A DNA stretch of 64,000 nt from Octopus vulgaris (taxonomy: Eukaryota). Each line of letters begins with the position of its first letter. The first letter of the stretch is position 1. Position numbers and translations under genes: made by a program. Shown here piece after piece: positions 13,326 to 28,759 of this stretch. The stretch spans positions 10,788,001 through 10,852,000 of the forward strand of contig OX597818.1 in assembly GCA_951406725.2 (NCBI GenBank). The letters run 5' to 3'. The notes below the pieces were generated by a model. That model saw only the letters and a list, made by a program, of their open reading frames with translations. It was not told the origin of the DNA and searched no databases.

Positions 13326-13583
13326 GCCTCATGCGTGATTGTATTGTAAGAAGTTTGCTTCCCAACCATATGGTCCCAGTTTCCGTCCCACGGCGTAGTG
13401 GCACCTTGAGCAAGTGTCTTCTACTATATCTCCGGGCTGACCAAAGCCTTGCGAGTGGATTTGGTAGGTGGAAAATAAAGGAAAAGGAATTGTTCACACA
13501 CACGCATATGTGCGTGTGTGTGTCCCTCACCACCGTTTGATAACCCGTGCTGGTGTGTTTACGATCCCGTAACTCAGCGGTTC

Positions 13584-14094
13584 GGACAAGAATCCCCACC
13601 TTAAAAAAAATCCCACCCTTTTTAAAAACTTTTTTTTCGACGCAAACCCCCTTTTCGGCTACGGGGAATACGAATCTGCAAAAAAAAAAAATTGGTAAAA
13701 ATCGACATTTCTAAATTTCCTTCATTTTTAACTTTTTTCAGAATTTTTTTCTCTCAAAATATGCGAAAAATACGGAGATTATGATTCTGAAAAGAAATTT
13801 CCAAAAATCTTATTAAAATTTTTTTAAAGAATTTTTTTGTTTTCTAAATATACAGAAAAATACGGACATCAGGATTTGGATAAAAATTTCAAAATATTTC
13901 TGTACTTAGGGTTAGGGTTAGGGTTAGCGTTGCGGAAAAAAAAGTCAAAATTGAAGTTGGGGCGAGAGGGTGGATTTTCACAATGCCGACTTTTGGCAAT
14001 TTTCCAGAACCTCCGTATCCGAAAACAGGGATTTGGGGAAAAAAAAATTAATAAACAAATTTGGGAGACATGATGGGGTGGCGGAAGTCTTTCC
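13584..14094. mobile_element. GG...CC non-autonomous DNA transposon with (TTAGGG)3, inserted in a SINE A copy (about 13335-14235)
   Basis: GGACAAGAATCCCCACC / GGTGGCGGAAGTCTTTCC imperfect TIRs; TSD GCGGTTC on both sides (7 bp, up to 9 depending on terminus placement); SINE sequence resumes correctly after 14101; TTAGGGTTAGGGTTAGGGTTAG at about 13906-13927. Confidence 0.8.
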
Positions 14095-17000
14095 GCGGTT
14101 CGGCAAATAGAACCTGATTAGAATAAGTACCAGTACAAACTCAGTTTTAAAACTGAGGTTGACTGAAACTGAAATTCTTCAAGATGCCCCAGCATGACCT
14201 CAGTCAAATGACTGAAACAAATAGAAGATAAAGGATTACACACACGCAAGGTAAACATTACCACAAAATGTCTATTTCGAATGCAAAGAGTTTCGTCGTA
14301 CTTCTGTACGACCATTGATGCAATTCTATGCAAATTTTGTATAACTAAAATGGCCCTTCCTGTTTTTGTGTCTGCGTTTGTCTTCCCATACCGCTTGAGA
14401 ACCGGTGTTGGTGTGTTAACGTCCCCGTAACTTAACAGTTCGACAAAAGAGACCGATAGAATAAGTACTAGGCTTTAAAAAAAAGTTGGGTCGATCCGTT
14501 CGAGTAAAAAAAAAACTTGAAAGGCGGTGCTCCAGCATGGTCGCAGTCAACTGACTGAAACGAGTAAAAGAATAAAAATATATGTAATTGCTGTGAAGTG
14601 TCTACACAACCACCCAACCATTTACCCATCCAGCACTCTCGTCTTCTCTCTTTCGCATTTCATTTCTAGAATCATCCCACCTCTCCACTTCCATGCATGC
14701 AAGCGCAACTCAATACAGCCAGACATTTGGGGACGCTTCTATATACATACATATCCATACAAATACACACATGTGTGCGGTTAATTTGCTTCTTTTTAAC
14801 TTCTAAAACGGACATGCAGCATCCAGTCTTTTTAACTTGTGCTTCTCTCCGCTATTTACTTCCTCTATTTACCCATCTCCCTTTATATCTATTGTTTCTT
14901 CATTTTATCTCTCTTTTCATTCTTTTCTATTGTTTTTCCTTCCTGCTTCCTCTCTTCCCCTTCCGCCTATCTTTGTCCTACCACCCGAGGAGCCTGAATC
15001 AACGTCGTTCGACCTTCAAGGAATAACTGCCAGCCCCACTCTATATCATATCCTAGAAAAGGACACATTAGACAGTGTAATCGTCTAAAAAGACGGGATG
15101 TCTTTCATCTGAAATCTGCTCGTTCAAATTTGAGCTGGGCCGAAACAAGAATACAGCCTACAAGCTTATACGGGAGTCTTTAAGCGGTTATTTGAGATTG
15201 CAGCTAAATCTCCTTCACTTCACACTCCATCGCTCTAATAAAAGTAAGGACATATTATTTAGTCAATTTAAGGGGAGGGGGAGATGGTCAAATATGAAAA
15301 AACCTTTGATCAATGGTTCATTCAACCAAAGTTGATCTGGGGTTAAACAGCAGCACAGTGAACAATCTCTGACCCATAACCACTGTCACAACCAACTTTC
15401 ACGATTTCACCACCACCATCAACACTCATCACCACCACCAGCATTGTTGACACTATCTATCGCCACTACAAACATTATCGCCTCCGTCATCAACATCAGT
15501 TTCACTATTGCCATTATTCCAATACAACACCTCCATCACCACCATCGTCGTTTACACCGCCGCTACGATCCCTTTCACATTTACCGCCATTACCACGAAC
15601 ACCACCACCACTCCACTATTAATAAACTTCTCTTAACTTTTGAAGTTTTATTGAAGTTTGAACGAACGGCTTTTTAAATACATGCCTCCGCTTCCCTTTT
15701 CCCTTTACTACTTTTCTTCTCCAAGCTTCCCTCCTTAACCACCTCGCTATCTCCGTCTCTCTCCCTCACCTTTAACAACTCGTCTTCCCTACTATTTGGC
15801 GCGAGACAATATAACTTCTACGCAGTCACACATCCTCCTAGGCATAACAGCTAAATTTCCCTTAAACCATACTCTGCTATCTTATAGGAAGAAGAATTCG
15901 TTGAAGCTTTCACTAGATTTTATCGTGTGGAGTGAAGAACCTAACGTTTCGAAAACCCTTCATCTGAGAACTCAGAATATCCAGAAGTCTTAATACCAAC
16001 TTGCCACTAAGGCAATAAAAAATACACTTATTTTCTCAACATACGGACGTAAAGAGTTTTCAGATTCTTTTTTGTTTACGGAAAATAAACTCACCCAGCT
16101 CATCAATTAATAAATATATTAATTGTTGCCGACGTAGCTCCTCTCATCTCCCATCACTTCGAGTTCCTAATCAGCATCTTAAATAACGGATCATACGGAA
16201 GCACATACAAACCAACAATCGAAACTTCCGTGTGATAATTGGACTTGCCTGAAATAGCTACCAAATAGAGGATGCATTGCAGATAAACAAACCGATGGTT
16301 CTCTTTGTATTGTATCTGTAGCGACGATACATATGAATGGAATATGATAGATGGAAACTATTCTGAAGCTGTGGTATTTGTGTGTACGTGTAAGTTTACA
16401 CACAAAGATTTAAACTCAAAGTGCAAAGAACTAGAACAAATACTGTCACACTAACGATTCTGTCAGTCCGCCGCCCTTGACCAGTGCATTATCGACCTCG
16501 AACAGATGAAAAGCAAAGTTGACTTCGACCCAGAATGATAAAAAAAAAAAACGGAATAACGTATGGCATTAGAGTAGAATTACCCAAATTCTATAAATCT
16601 TTGCCGCTGGCTTATTTATGCATTTCCCTTAGCTCGTTTGTAGGCAGTTCATTGCACTCTCAATGCTAAATGGTTCTCACTGAAAGCCTTTCATCATAAA
16701 TCTATTTGCTCAAGTCCAAAAAATAAAAACGAGGACCGGCTAGAAGTAGCCAATTCTCCCTCATATCAAGAAGAATTACGCAGTGTATAGTATAGTCTAT
16801 AGTGTATGCCCGACAAGATTTCAGTTCGCAATTCTCATCTGTTTAACTAAGCCACTATCTCATTGTTGCTGCTGTTGTTCGATCAGACAGGCGTACGATT
16901 TAAGGTATTTCTGACTAGCGCACGATCAAAGAGGTTTCAGTAATGATCGTTCAGTCTTCCAGAATTCGTTAGTTTCAAGCCACGTCCTCTTTTCTTAAAG

Positions 17001-18011
17001 ATCATAAGAATTGTGGGAATTTAGGATGCTACTTTTAGTGTAACGAAACCCTTTATAAGTCCCCTCATTTACTGCTGTTACCTACTTCGTTATTGTTCTT
17101 GCTGTTATCATTAAGCGAGCTTTTCATAACTCACATCATCCAGCAATATGAAAAATCCTTTTATAAGAAGGTAGGTGTGATTTGAGAGCGATTGAGCGGC
17201 TATTTCTAGCATACTACCGTGGTTAAGCAGTTCATTTCCACTCTACATGGTTTCAGGTTCGAGCCTATTATGCAGCATCTCGGGCAAATAGTTATTTTCT
17301 CTTGCTGCCCCAGATTCAGTTTTGCCATGCGCATAGAATTTGGTAGACAGAAACTGGAAGCCGATCGTCAGTTTCCGTATTTTGTGTCCAACTGCATGCC
17401 CAAGTGATTTTTACGTTTGTGTCCATTACGTTTGTGTCTTACAACTTTGTAACTCAACAGAAACGACAAAATAAGTTCCGAACTTAAATAATCACTGGAG
17501 CCCATCAGGCCCCTTCGCCAGACTTTGGTGTCTGGAGGTGCTTCAAAATATTCTGTGTGGGCACTAATTTGTAATAATGCTAAAGTGGAGCTTCGAAAGA
17601 AGTATAATACTGTAAATCTGAGGGTGCACCAGTGAATAGTGAAGGAGAAATACCGTTCAGTGCACCCCCGGGGCATGGAGCCCACAGACCAATGACTAAA
17701 ACCAGTAATAGTATAAAAGAAAGCATCGTAAAGGTCCCTTATTGGTCTGCCATCACTATAATGGTTTTTGTGGCAATTTGTGCGAGATCCAACAAAAGCC
17801 ACTTCTGCATGGTCACTGAACTTAGTAAGAAATATCAGAATATGTTAGATAGAGTCTTAGACTCTCCGCAAGTAAGAAAATACGCGATGATCACGGCTGG
17901 AATGCCTCTAATTCTGGATCTACTCCATCAGGGAAGGCATGAGGCTACAAAAAAAAAAAAAAAAACCCGAGAAGGGGGTGTCTGTACGAGGTCTTCTCAT
18001 ATTACACCCTA

Positions 18012-18272
18012 CCGCATGACGCAGTGGTTAGAGCGTCGGGCTCACAGTCATGATGTAGTCAGTTCGATTCCCGGACAGGGCTGCTTATGTTCTTGAGCAA
18101 GATACTTTATTTAATGTTTCTCTAGTTCAGTTCACTCAGCTGCAGAAATGAGTTGCGATGTCACTGGTGCCGAGCTGTATGGTAGCGTGGAGAGGGGAGG
18201 CTTGTATGCATGGGTAACTGGTGATCTTCCATAAACAACCTTATCTGGACTTGTCTCGGAGGTTAACTTTCT
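18012..18272 (+). mobile_element. tRNA-derived SINE family C
   Basis: GCATGACGCAGTGGTTAGAGCGTCGGGCTCAC...AGTTCGATTCCCGG (A and B boxes); homologous to 56354-56680. Confidence 0.8.
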
Positions 18273-21200
18273 ATTTTACACCCTATCAACTTAAAATAAA
18301 AGGACACCTATGGCAATAACTCTTATTTAGGGTTGACCGCAAGCTAAACAACAACATCGGTTGTTTTTGTCTTTTTATCCTATCTCCACTGTGTTTTGTG
18401 TAAATTTTTATTTCCTTTTAATTTTAGTGCATTCATCTGAGTTCAAATACCACTTTGGCCGACTTTGCCTTTCATCCTTTCGGAGTTGATAAAATAAATA
18501 CCAGTCGAGAACTTAGATCGAATTAAACAACTAGTCCCCTTCCACAAAATTTCAGACTTTGTGCTTAGAGGAGGAAAAAAAAAAAATTTATTTCATTTGT
18601 AGCGAAATATAGTATCGACGCGAGCATGGATACTATAACATCACATTTCATTCCATATTTCCGAAATAAACGCATGAAGGTAATATGTATGATATAACTG
18701 GATTAATTGAATTATATGATAAACTCGACTTAGTTGAATTCACTTAAATCTGCTTCGGCAATTTAATGAAGTTATTTAAGGAATGACATTCAGGTCACAA
18801 AATCTCATCCCCCCCGATAGTTTGGTCCTTTTAAATTACTGGTATTGTCTACTCGTCTATCCAATTTCACTTACGGCTTGGGTAGACCCAAACTTCTGGT
18901 AAAAGATACGCGTCCAATATGCTACATGGGACCGAACCCGGGACTTCGTGATTGCGAAAAGAACTGCTTAACAACTAACTAGCTCATGACTGCGTCCATC
19001 ACACACACACACGTACATACATACACATCAATATGTACATACACATGTATACACACACACACATATATATATCTAAATATATGTGTATATAAATATACCC
19101 ATAACGTGTGTGTGTGAGAGAGAGAGAGCGCTAACTGTATATGCGCGCGGGCACACAGACACATACACATGCAGCTAAAGTTAATATCCTTTTCCTCACT
19201 CACTCTCTCTTTCTTTCTTACTCTCATTCCCCTCCCCATTATCCCTATACTCAAGTAGCTAACTTTAAACAGGGGTGCCAGCGAGAGGAGATGTGCTTGC
19301 TACGCTCGCTCCCAGCCTCGAGAGTCTGTTATAAAGAAAGCACATCTCTCTTTTTCTCTCTTTATAATATATATCGTACGGAACTTGTTCGTTAATTGTT
19401 TATTTTAACGACAGAAAGTGCGAAGAGGAAAGAATATATAGAAATAGAAAGAGAGAAGAAAAGTGGAGTATGGAGTATCAATAACATCCACTGACAAAAA
19501 CCAATTTTTTTTCATTTCATAGGGATTAACCAAAATACCCAGTCTCCGAAATACAATGAATGAATGAATGGATAAATATACATACATATGGATAAAACAA
19601 GTTTAATATATTCCCTTTTTGTGACGAACTGGATTAATATTATGGTTATTGCTACTATAAACATATTTTGAATGCTTCATGGAATTTACATTATTGTTGT
19701 TATTACCATTATTATTATTAATAAGGTTAGTGGCTTGTATTTCCGAACTTTTTTTTATTTATTGCTTTTCATGTATTTAATCTATTTCGCTATAGCTTCA
19801 TAAACTTGTCTTAATTGTTGTTGTTCAGCCCTAGGTAAATCTCGATTGAGTAGGCAAAGGTGTTCGAGCTGAGATCATCCAGTCTCATTTTGTTATGATC
19901 TGTATTGTTAAAACAAAACAGTGTTTTTCCTCACCTTTTTACGGTTACAGTCTAGTATGATTTAAGGGCGATTTGGCTTCTATTATCTAGTAGATCATGG
20001 GATTGCGAATAAACTGCTTATCCCCCAAGTCCGCTCCGTTCGCACAGACCTATGTATATTCCGTCCACACCATCTAGTTTAGCTTCTATTTTGACACCCA
20101 CCTTTTTTTTTTAAAGACAGAGGAGTGTGAATTGAAGGGTATTTAGCTAGGTCGATCCACAATATAATTGTTCTTTTGTCTTTCGCCTCCTAATTGAATC
20201 GATTTAATTTGAACCGAACCGAAATGGGGAACTGAATCTCGTCTATTTTGCTAACCTCAGTAATAACCTTTCCAATCACTTTTTCTTGTTTGCATCGCTA
20301 AAATGCCCAGTAGTTAAAGACACACTTCATCACACATATTGTGGGTTTAAATATATTTGTTTGTTATTGTATGTAGTCTTGTATTGAAGTCATGTTTCTC
20401 TAATTATGGAATATATGTGTATGATATGCACACAGTATTTCCTTCCATACACAAGCTCGTGCATACGCAAGCGTGAATTGTCCAACGCATAAACTTGAAT
20501 TGCTACAAACTTAAATTTTCATATACATGCTAACCTGGATTACCATACACACAGAAACTTGAATAATATCATGCACGTACAGACATGCACACACGTACCC
20601 GTAATCGTCCCTTATACATGCAGATGTACACAAACACAAAACTCAAACGTCCCATACAGACGACACACAAGCAAAACTTAATTCGTCCCAGACACATGCT
20701 TACGCGCACGCACACTCATTCATATGCACACACACACATACACACACACACTCACACTTGAATTTCGGCACTTGCATAAGTAAATCAGTTTCCAGAATTG
20801 CAACTCCCGCACAGAAGCTTGCGCCTTATACATACGTACATATATACATACATACGCACGCATTCAAGCCTGAGTTATAACACACGCATTCCTGAATTGT
20901 CTTGCATACATACTTCTGAATGTATAAATACGATTGAAGGTTTACACATGCACATACATGCAATGTCATACACACAACTGAACTGTCGCACGCAAGCCAA
21001 AATTCCCACATACATGCAGATACACGTATAAACATAATTGTCGCGCACACGCTGCTGGATTGTCCTCCCGTCACTCACTTTCACAAACACACGCACAGAT
21101 ATGTGGGCGATACGCACACACATACATGTATGTATGTGTTGCCCCCCCCCCCCCTGGTACATACATACATACATACACAGCCATCTGAATTGTCACAGCT

Positions 21201-22238
21201 GAATTGTCTCGCACACATACCGATGTATGTACGTTTATGCTATTTTATTGTACTTTCCTTCGAAGTAAATAAGTTATTATTTGACGATGTAGTTGTGTAA
21301 ACAGTAGGGTGCCGGACTACAACATTTATTCTACGTTCTGGGAGGAGTTAGAATCCACCGGAGTAGGTTTTTCCTTTTCATCTCTCCGTGGTCGATAAAA
21401 TCTACCAAGCGTGTAATACAGTTAAGTAGTGGTTTATGAAATGCTTTGCTGCATTTAGTTACATCTCTGTTTACTAAGATCTGAGTTCGTTCCCAGTCGG
21501 GTTAGGCTTTTCTTTTTAAGACTCTGTGGTCGATGAAACAAGTACCAAGCAAGTAATACAATAACAATAAAGGGTTTCTTTTTAACTGTATGGTTCGTCG
21601 TTCCGTCTATGCTTGGTTTCTTTGGACGGTTTTTTTAACATGCTAAATGAGAAATTGTTTGCTTAATCCCCTTTCTGGCTACATTGTTCTGTGAGAGGGT
21701 TATGGGGACTGCATGCATCACTCAGTACAGTGTACCCGGTTTTGAGAAAGAGATGGTTAAGAAAAATCACCTTCTCCTATACAAGATTGGTTTTTTATTT
21801 GTCGATCCTGGAAAGATGAAAGACAAGTTAGCTTGGCAGAATTTGAATTCAAAATGCAAAAGAGCTGGGAACAGTTACTACAAAGACATTTCCCGGCGTT
21901 TTAACCCTTTCTGTATAGCTAAGTTGCAGTCTCCACAATGCCGTCTTTTATATTTAGCTCCATCTTTTTGCTGTTATCTGAATTCGAATCCCTTTAGGTT
22001 TGACTTCGCTTTTTAACTCTCTGAGATCTGTACAGAGTGCCAACCAAATACTGAGCTCGATTTAATCATTTTCAGCTTTGTACCAATGTTAGAAAGTGTT
22101 ACTCTGATCTAGCGAATTTATAATCACAAAACATTCCAGCTGTATCGTCCTGTCTTTTTTAATATGAGAGGGGGTGCGAAAAGTAAATCATACTCAGGCC
22201 CGGGAATTTCCTGGGTTCTTAGAAAATGCTTTTGCATA

Positions 22239-22670
22239 CAGGCGCAGAAGTGGCTGTGTAGTAAGTAGCTTGCTTACCAACCACATAGTTCCGGGTTCAG
22301 TCCCACTGTATGGCACCTTGGGCAAGTGTCTTCTACTATAGCCTCGGGCCGACCAAAGCCTTGTGGGTGGATTTGGTAGACGGAAACTGAAAGAAGCCCG
22401 TCGTATATATGTGTTTACATATATATGTGTGTATGTGTGTATATATATATATATACATACATACATATATGTTTGAGTGTCTGTGCCTGTCACCCCAACA
22501 TCGCTTGACAACCGATGTTGGTGTGTTTACGTCCCCGTAACTTAGCGGTTCGGCAAAGAGACCGATAGAATAAGTACTAGGCTTACAAAGAATAAGTCCT
22601 GGGGTCGATTTTCTCGACTAAAGGTGGTGCTCCAGCATGGCCGCAGTCAAATGACAAACAAATAAAAGAA
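22239..22670 (+). mobile_element. Near-intact SINE family A (tRNA-like head, CORE-like motif, internal microsatellite)
   Basis: GGCGCAGAAGTGGCTGTGTAGTAAG...GGTTCAGTCCC; GGCACCTTGGGCAAGTGTCTT resembles the CORE-SINE motif GTGACCTTGGGCAAGT; CpGs retained. Confidence 0.9.
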
Positions 22671-23734
22671 CATTGAAGATTTGTATTTTCCTTCTGAGAA
22701 GGAGGCATCGATTGAAACTTTGTACTTCGATGAAATCCCTACCATGGTCCCTAGTTTTGACTATATTATAGTTTCTTTTCTATTTTGGCTGCTGTTTCTC
22801 TCATGTCGAATGACAATGTAGGTATACCAGCTCTTTGCCGGTCCTGGTTAAGCCGGCGTATTTCAATCATGAACTTCTCGTTCTATAAGGGTTATGTGGT
22901 ATTGAATTATATAATGATTCTCTTAGAAAATCACGTCTGATTTGAGGAACATATTTCTATTTCAAATAGCTCGAGACGCTGCATAGAACAGGATTTGATA
23001 CTCATCCGTTGCCAAAATTTCGCCCGAATCCAAATTTGAAATGTTCTCTGCTGATGTTCCATAAAAAAGTTTTATCCTTGAGACCAAAAGGAGTGTTTCT
23101 TCACAAGCTTATTTAACATTTGTACGGATATTCAATGCATTAATAATGATCTGGGTAACTTAATGCATTGTAACATTCTAACATACGCAGCATATTTTTG
23201 ATCGCATGCATATCTTTCAATACATAAAACTAAAGATTCATCATGACTTGTAGATCGTCTCCTATACAAAAAGGTCCCATACTCTTGACTGAGAGAGTTC
23301 TTTGTTAGTTTGTGTTAGACTAAATTATTTTGAAGCGATGATGATTTCTGGAGAGGCAGGATTCTTGGTCTTTTCCCCTTCTGCAGTTTAAAAGCATTGA
23401 GATTCTCGTTAACGGCATATCTACTCCTCCCCTCTTTCATTCTACTCATGTTTAATATAAGGTTCAATAATTTTATAAAAGAAACAAAAGCGTCATTATT
23501 CTTTTTTTTCTTTATCAAAGTTTGAAGTTACAATCGATTCAATAATCACAGCCTCTCTACGAGTGTATGTGCATGTGCGTAATATATATGTGTGTATGTT
23601 TGTATGTGTGTGGAGCACATACATAAATACACAAATATATATTAATTTAGCATATTTGTATATCTATGTATGCATATATTTGTAAATGGATGTATACATG
23701 TATAAGTGTATGTGTGTATCTAGAGATGAATGTG

Positions 23735-25250
<1,516 letters not shown>

Positions 25251-26792
25251 ACACACACACACACACATGTGTATATATATGTCTATGTATACATGTATGT
25301 ATATGGAATTATGAGAGGAAATGCTTGGTGTTAAGAAAAGTGTTTACTATAACTGCACTGCACCGTTCACTATCTAAATATATACATTTCACACAAAACT
25401 GAAAACCTGTAGAAGAAAGATCTAAAATGCATAGAAAGACAACCCTGTCGTATTTGGAATTCTTTTATTTGGAAATGAGTTTTTCTCTGGTCACAATATT
25501 TGAATGAAGTTTCAGTAAACTATGGAGCCACTTTCAATCATCCCAAAATAGTTCAGATGTGAGATTGTTAGACTCACGATCTAGATTCAAATCTGGATTT
25601 TCAGCACGTTGATCACGTTTAATCAAAATCTCTGCGAATTGATTGTATGGTTTTCACTGCCAAATATATAAATATCTATGCACAACGATTTTAATAATAA
25701 GGTTATCCAAAAATTTCAATCCAATCTAAAGGAGTTTATCTTTTGTTAATTGTTTTTAGCATTTAAACACTCTTAGAGGGAGTTTCTCTTCACTAATAAC
25801 TTGTATAATATTAACTGTTTGATGGTTTTCAATGCAATACATTACATACATGGAGCTCTATCATGACCAAGATATCTAGCTATCTGTCTATAGACACACA
25901 TACATACGTATACATACACATATATCTTCATATGTATGTACGTATGTACACATAGATTTGTATATATTGCATGTACATAAATGTGTATATATTTATGTAT
26001 ATTGTATATACATGTGTGTGTGTGTGTGTGTGCATACACATAAACAGCTAAGATATTTGCTTTGGAACTCAGTGGTTTCGGTTTCAGTTTCAATATGTGG
26101 CATTTTGGGGAAGTTTCGCCAGTTATTGCTCTGGGACAACCAATTATTTTGTGAATGAATTTGACTGACTGAAACTAAGCTGCCTTTCATTGCTTGACTA
26201 CCGGTATTGGTTCGCTTACAGCTGCATAACATAGTAATTAATCAAAAACAGATCTTGGATATGTACCGAGGCTCCAAAATTACGCCCTAGAATTGATTTG
26301 ATCAACTAGACCATTCATTGAAGTGCCTTGAAACTTGCAAAGCAATAAAAGGAACCAATAACACTCCAATGGATAACGACATCGACAGGTCTTGAGGACC
26401 CTTTAGTTGTCACATGTCAAGAATAGGACAAACTTCCTAGGGTTGATGTCTCTCACACACACCCACACAAAATGTACCCGTACAGTCTATTAAATGGTTG
26501 GTGTTAGAAAGGGCATTAAAAATATGCCAGAATGAAAACAAGAAGTTTTAACAAGCTCTGATTTGAATCAAGTCAACCTGTCTAAATCATGCCAGCCGGG
26601 CTGGCAGGGGTATGAACATATTTATATTAATATATGTGTGTGTGTTTGTGTACACGTGTATTACACACACACAGACACACGTGTAATATATACATGCATA
26701 TGTATATTTTATACACATTCAATATGAATGTATATACTTGTGTTATATGAATGTATGCTCACATACTCAAAGATATCTGCATGTGTACATAC

Positions 26793-26864
<72 letters not shown>

Positions 26865-28759
26865 ATGTATATACACATAAGCACACACACACATATATCA
26901 TATACCTATACATGTATGGTTATATACATGTGTATGTTATAAATATATAGTATATTTTCATTTAATATGTAGTATTACATATATACACACACGGTGTCAT
27001 AAGTATGAAAGTTCATAATTATGCGTGTATGCGTGTGTATATATATATATATGCACACGCATATGTTTAAGTATATATAGTTTATACTGATACACATACA
27101 TTTTAGTTATGTGTATGTGTATTTTTCTTTGTCAATATCATATCGGTTAATTTATCTCTTCCTATATGTGTGTTTGTGTGTGTGTGTATACATACACATC
27201 TATACGGATGTATGTAGCCCTAAACAACGGGCGTGCGTATTCTTTACTTTCGCTTATGTGTGTGTGTATACTCACACACACACACACACACACACAACAT
27301 ATACATGTATGATCTGTGAGTGAATAGATAGATGTGTAGTTGAGGAAGCGTGCGCGCACACAGACATACACCAAAAAAAAAAAAGAAAAAAACAGACGGG
27401 AGGGCGTTTAGTTGGCAGAAATAGTATGTAGAGTGCAAGGCTAAATGTTTTTCAGTCTTTAATTTCGTTCAACTCCCAAGTTTCTTATTTCAAATCTCAT
27501 TGCTCTGGACTTCGCATTTATTATTCCATTTATCCTCCTGGGGTCAATAAAGTAAATAACTAGCAATCATATACTGGAGACGAATCAACCTTTTCCTTAC
27601 AAAACCAGGTCGAAAACAAGCACGCACACGCACGCACACATACACACACACACACACACATACATGCATGCATGCATACACACACACACACATACGCACG
27701 CACGTACGCACGCATAGATGCGCGTGTCTTCATAGCCGTATATCTGATGTATGCTAGTTAAAAAGAGGATATCTGTCACTCACTCTCTCTCTCACACACA
27801 CACATCTGTATTCTACATACAACTTGTGATAGGGGACATTCTCTTTAGCTGCCGACTGGAAATCAAACCAGTTTCAGTTCCTGTAGTGCATCCTCCACAA
27901 GCCCTAAGATAGAAATACCGGGGCTCTTTTTGTCCTCACTAGCATGATTCCCGCCGCCCCTGTAAATACAAACAAAATTACAATACGTGCACACATATAA
28001 GGCAAATACGTGACACTTCATATTCACTCGATCTTTTAGAAATAAACAGTTAAATGTTTCTCAAAGAACCCACTTTTCTGTCTGTACAGAAAAGGGACTC
28101 AAACTCCTACAATCATGATTGTGCTGTGCTTATTCAGGACTGGTGATAGGGGACATTCTCTTCAGCTGAATGTCCCCTAAAACAAATGCTAAACACGCAT
28201 ACCTGCAATCACACTTATTTGCTCGCAAACACATTCTTTGACTACACGTAAAACAGTGATGGATACATTTGTACACGTGTATTTGCACGTATACAAACAT
28301 GCATTCACTGCCACATATGACACACTGTTTTATGTATATGCACACAACTCCCATCGACATAGATGTAAGTGTATTCGCCGAAACAATTCCTAGTTAGCAT
28401 TAACATTTATATGTGTGTTAGAACACGTGTATGCCCTTCGTCGCACACAATGCATATAGGAGCCAACAAGCGAATCCCCTACATATGTGCTTCTCCAGTG
28501 ATGCACGGCAGGAGATACTTGGGTGTACCATGGATTTTAAAATTTAAAAAAATATAAATAATATATTTAAGGCTTTATGTAATCCGCACAAATGCTCACA
28601 TGTGTCTTGAGAAACGTGCTATTCATATTTTGCTATAAACAAGTATATTTTATAAAATAAACTTATCAGTTTTTTTTCTACAACATTTTCCAGTCATTTT
28701 AGTCATCCATGCAAAGTGTACTAGTAATATACCAAACATTTCCAGACTGAGAATAATTG

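Noticed and set aside
13906-13927. Chromosome-fusion or true telomere remnant
   Set aside because: Only 3-4 units, lying wholly inside a TIR/TSD-bounded element.
15940-15972. Hammerhead-like CAGATGA...CGAAACG on the minus strand
   Set aside because: Core U is mutated, stem II is weak and there is no stem I.
18012-18080. tRNA genes at SINE heads (also 56357, 63030, 740)
   Set aside because: A/B boxes are present but I could not fold a complete cloverleaf, and each continues into a SINE body.
17368-18096. Overlapping 144-aa and 154-aa ORFs
   Set aside because: They run through family F and SINE C repeats; no domain similarity recognised.
19283-19352. pre-miRNA
   Set aside because: Only an 11-bp basal stem with a large asymmetric interior; lacks the continuous ~22-bp duplex.
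23315-23518. Protein-like ORF MSRMKEGRSRY...
   Set aside because: Short, no recognisable domain, no convincing splice boundaries.
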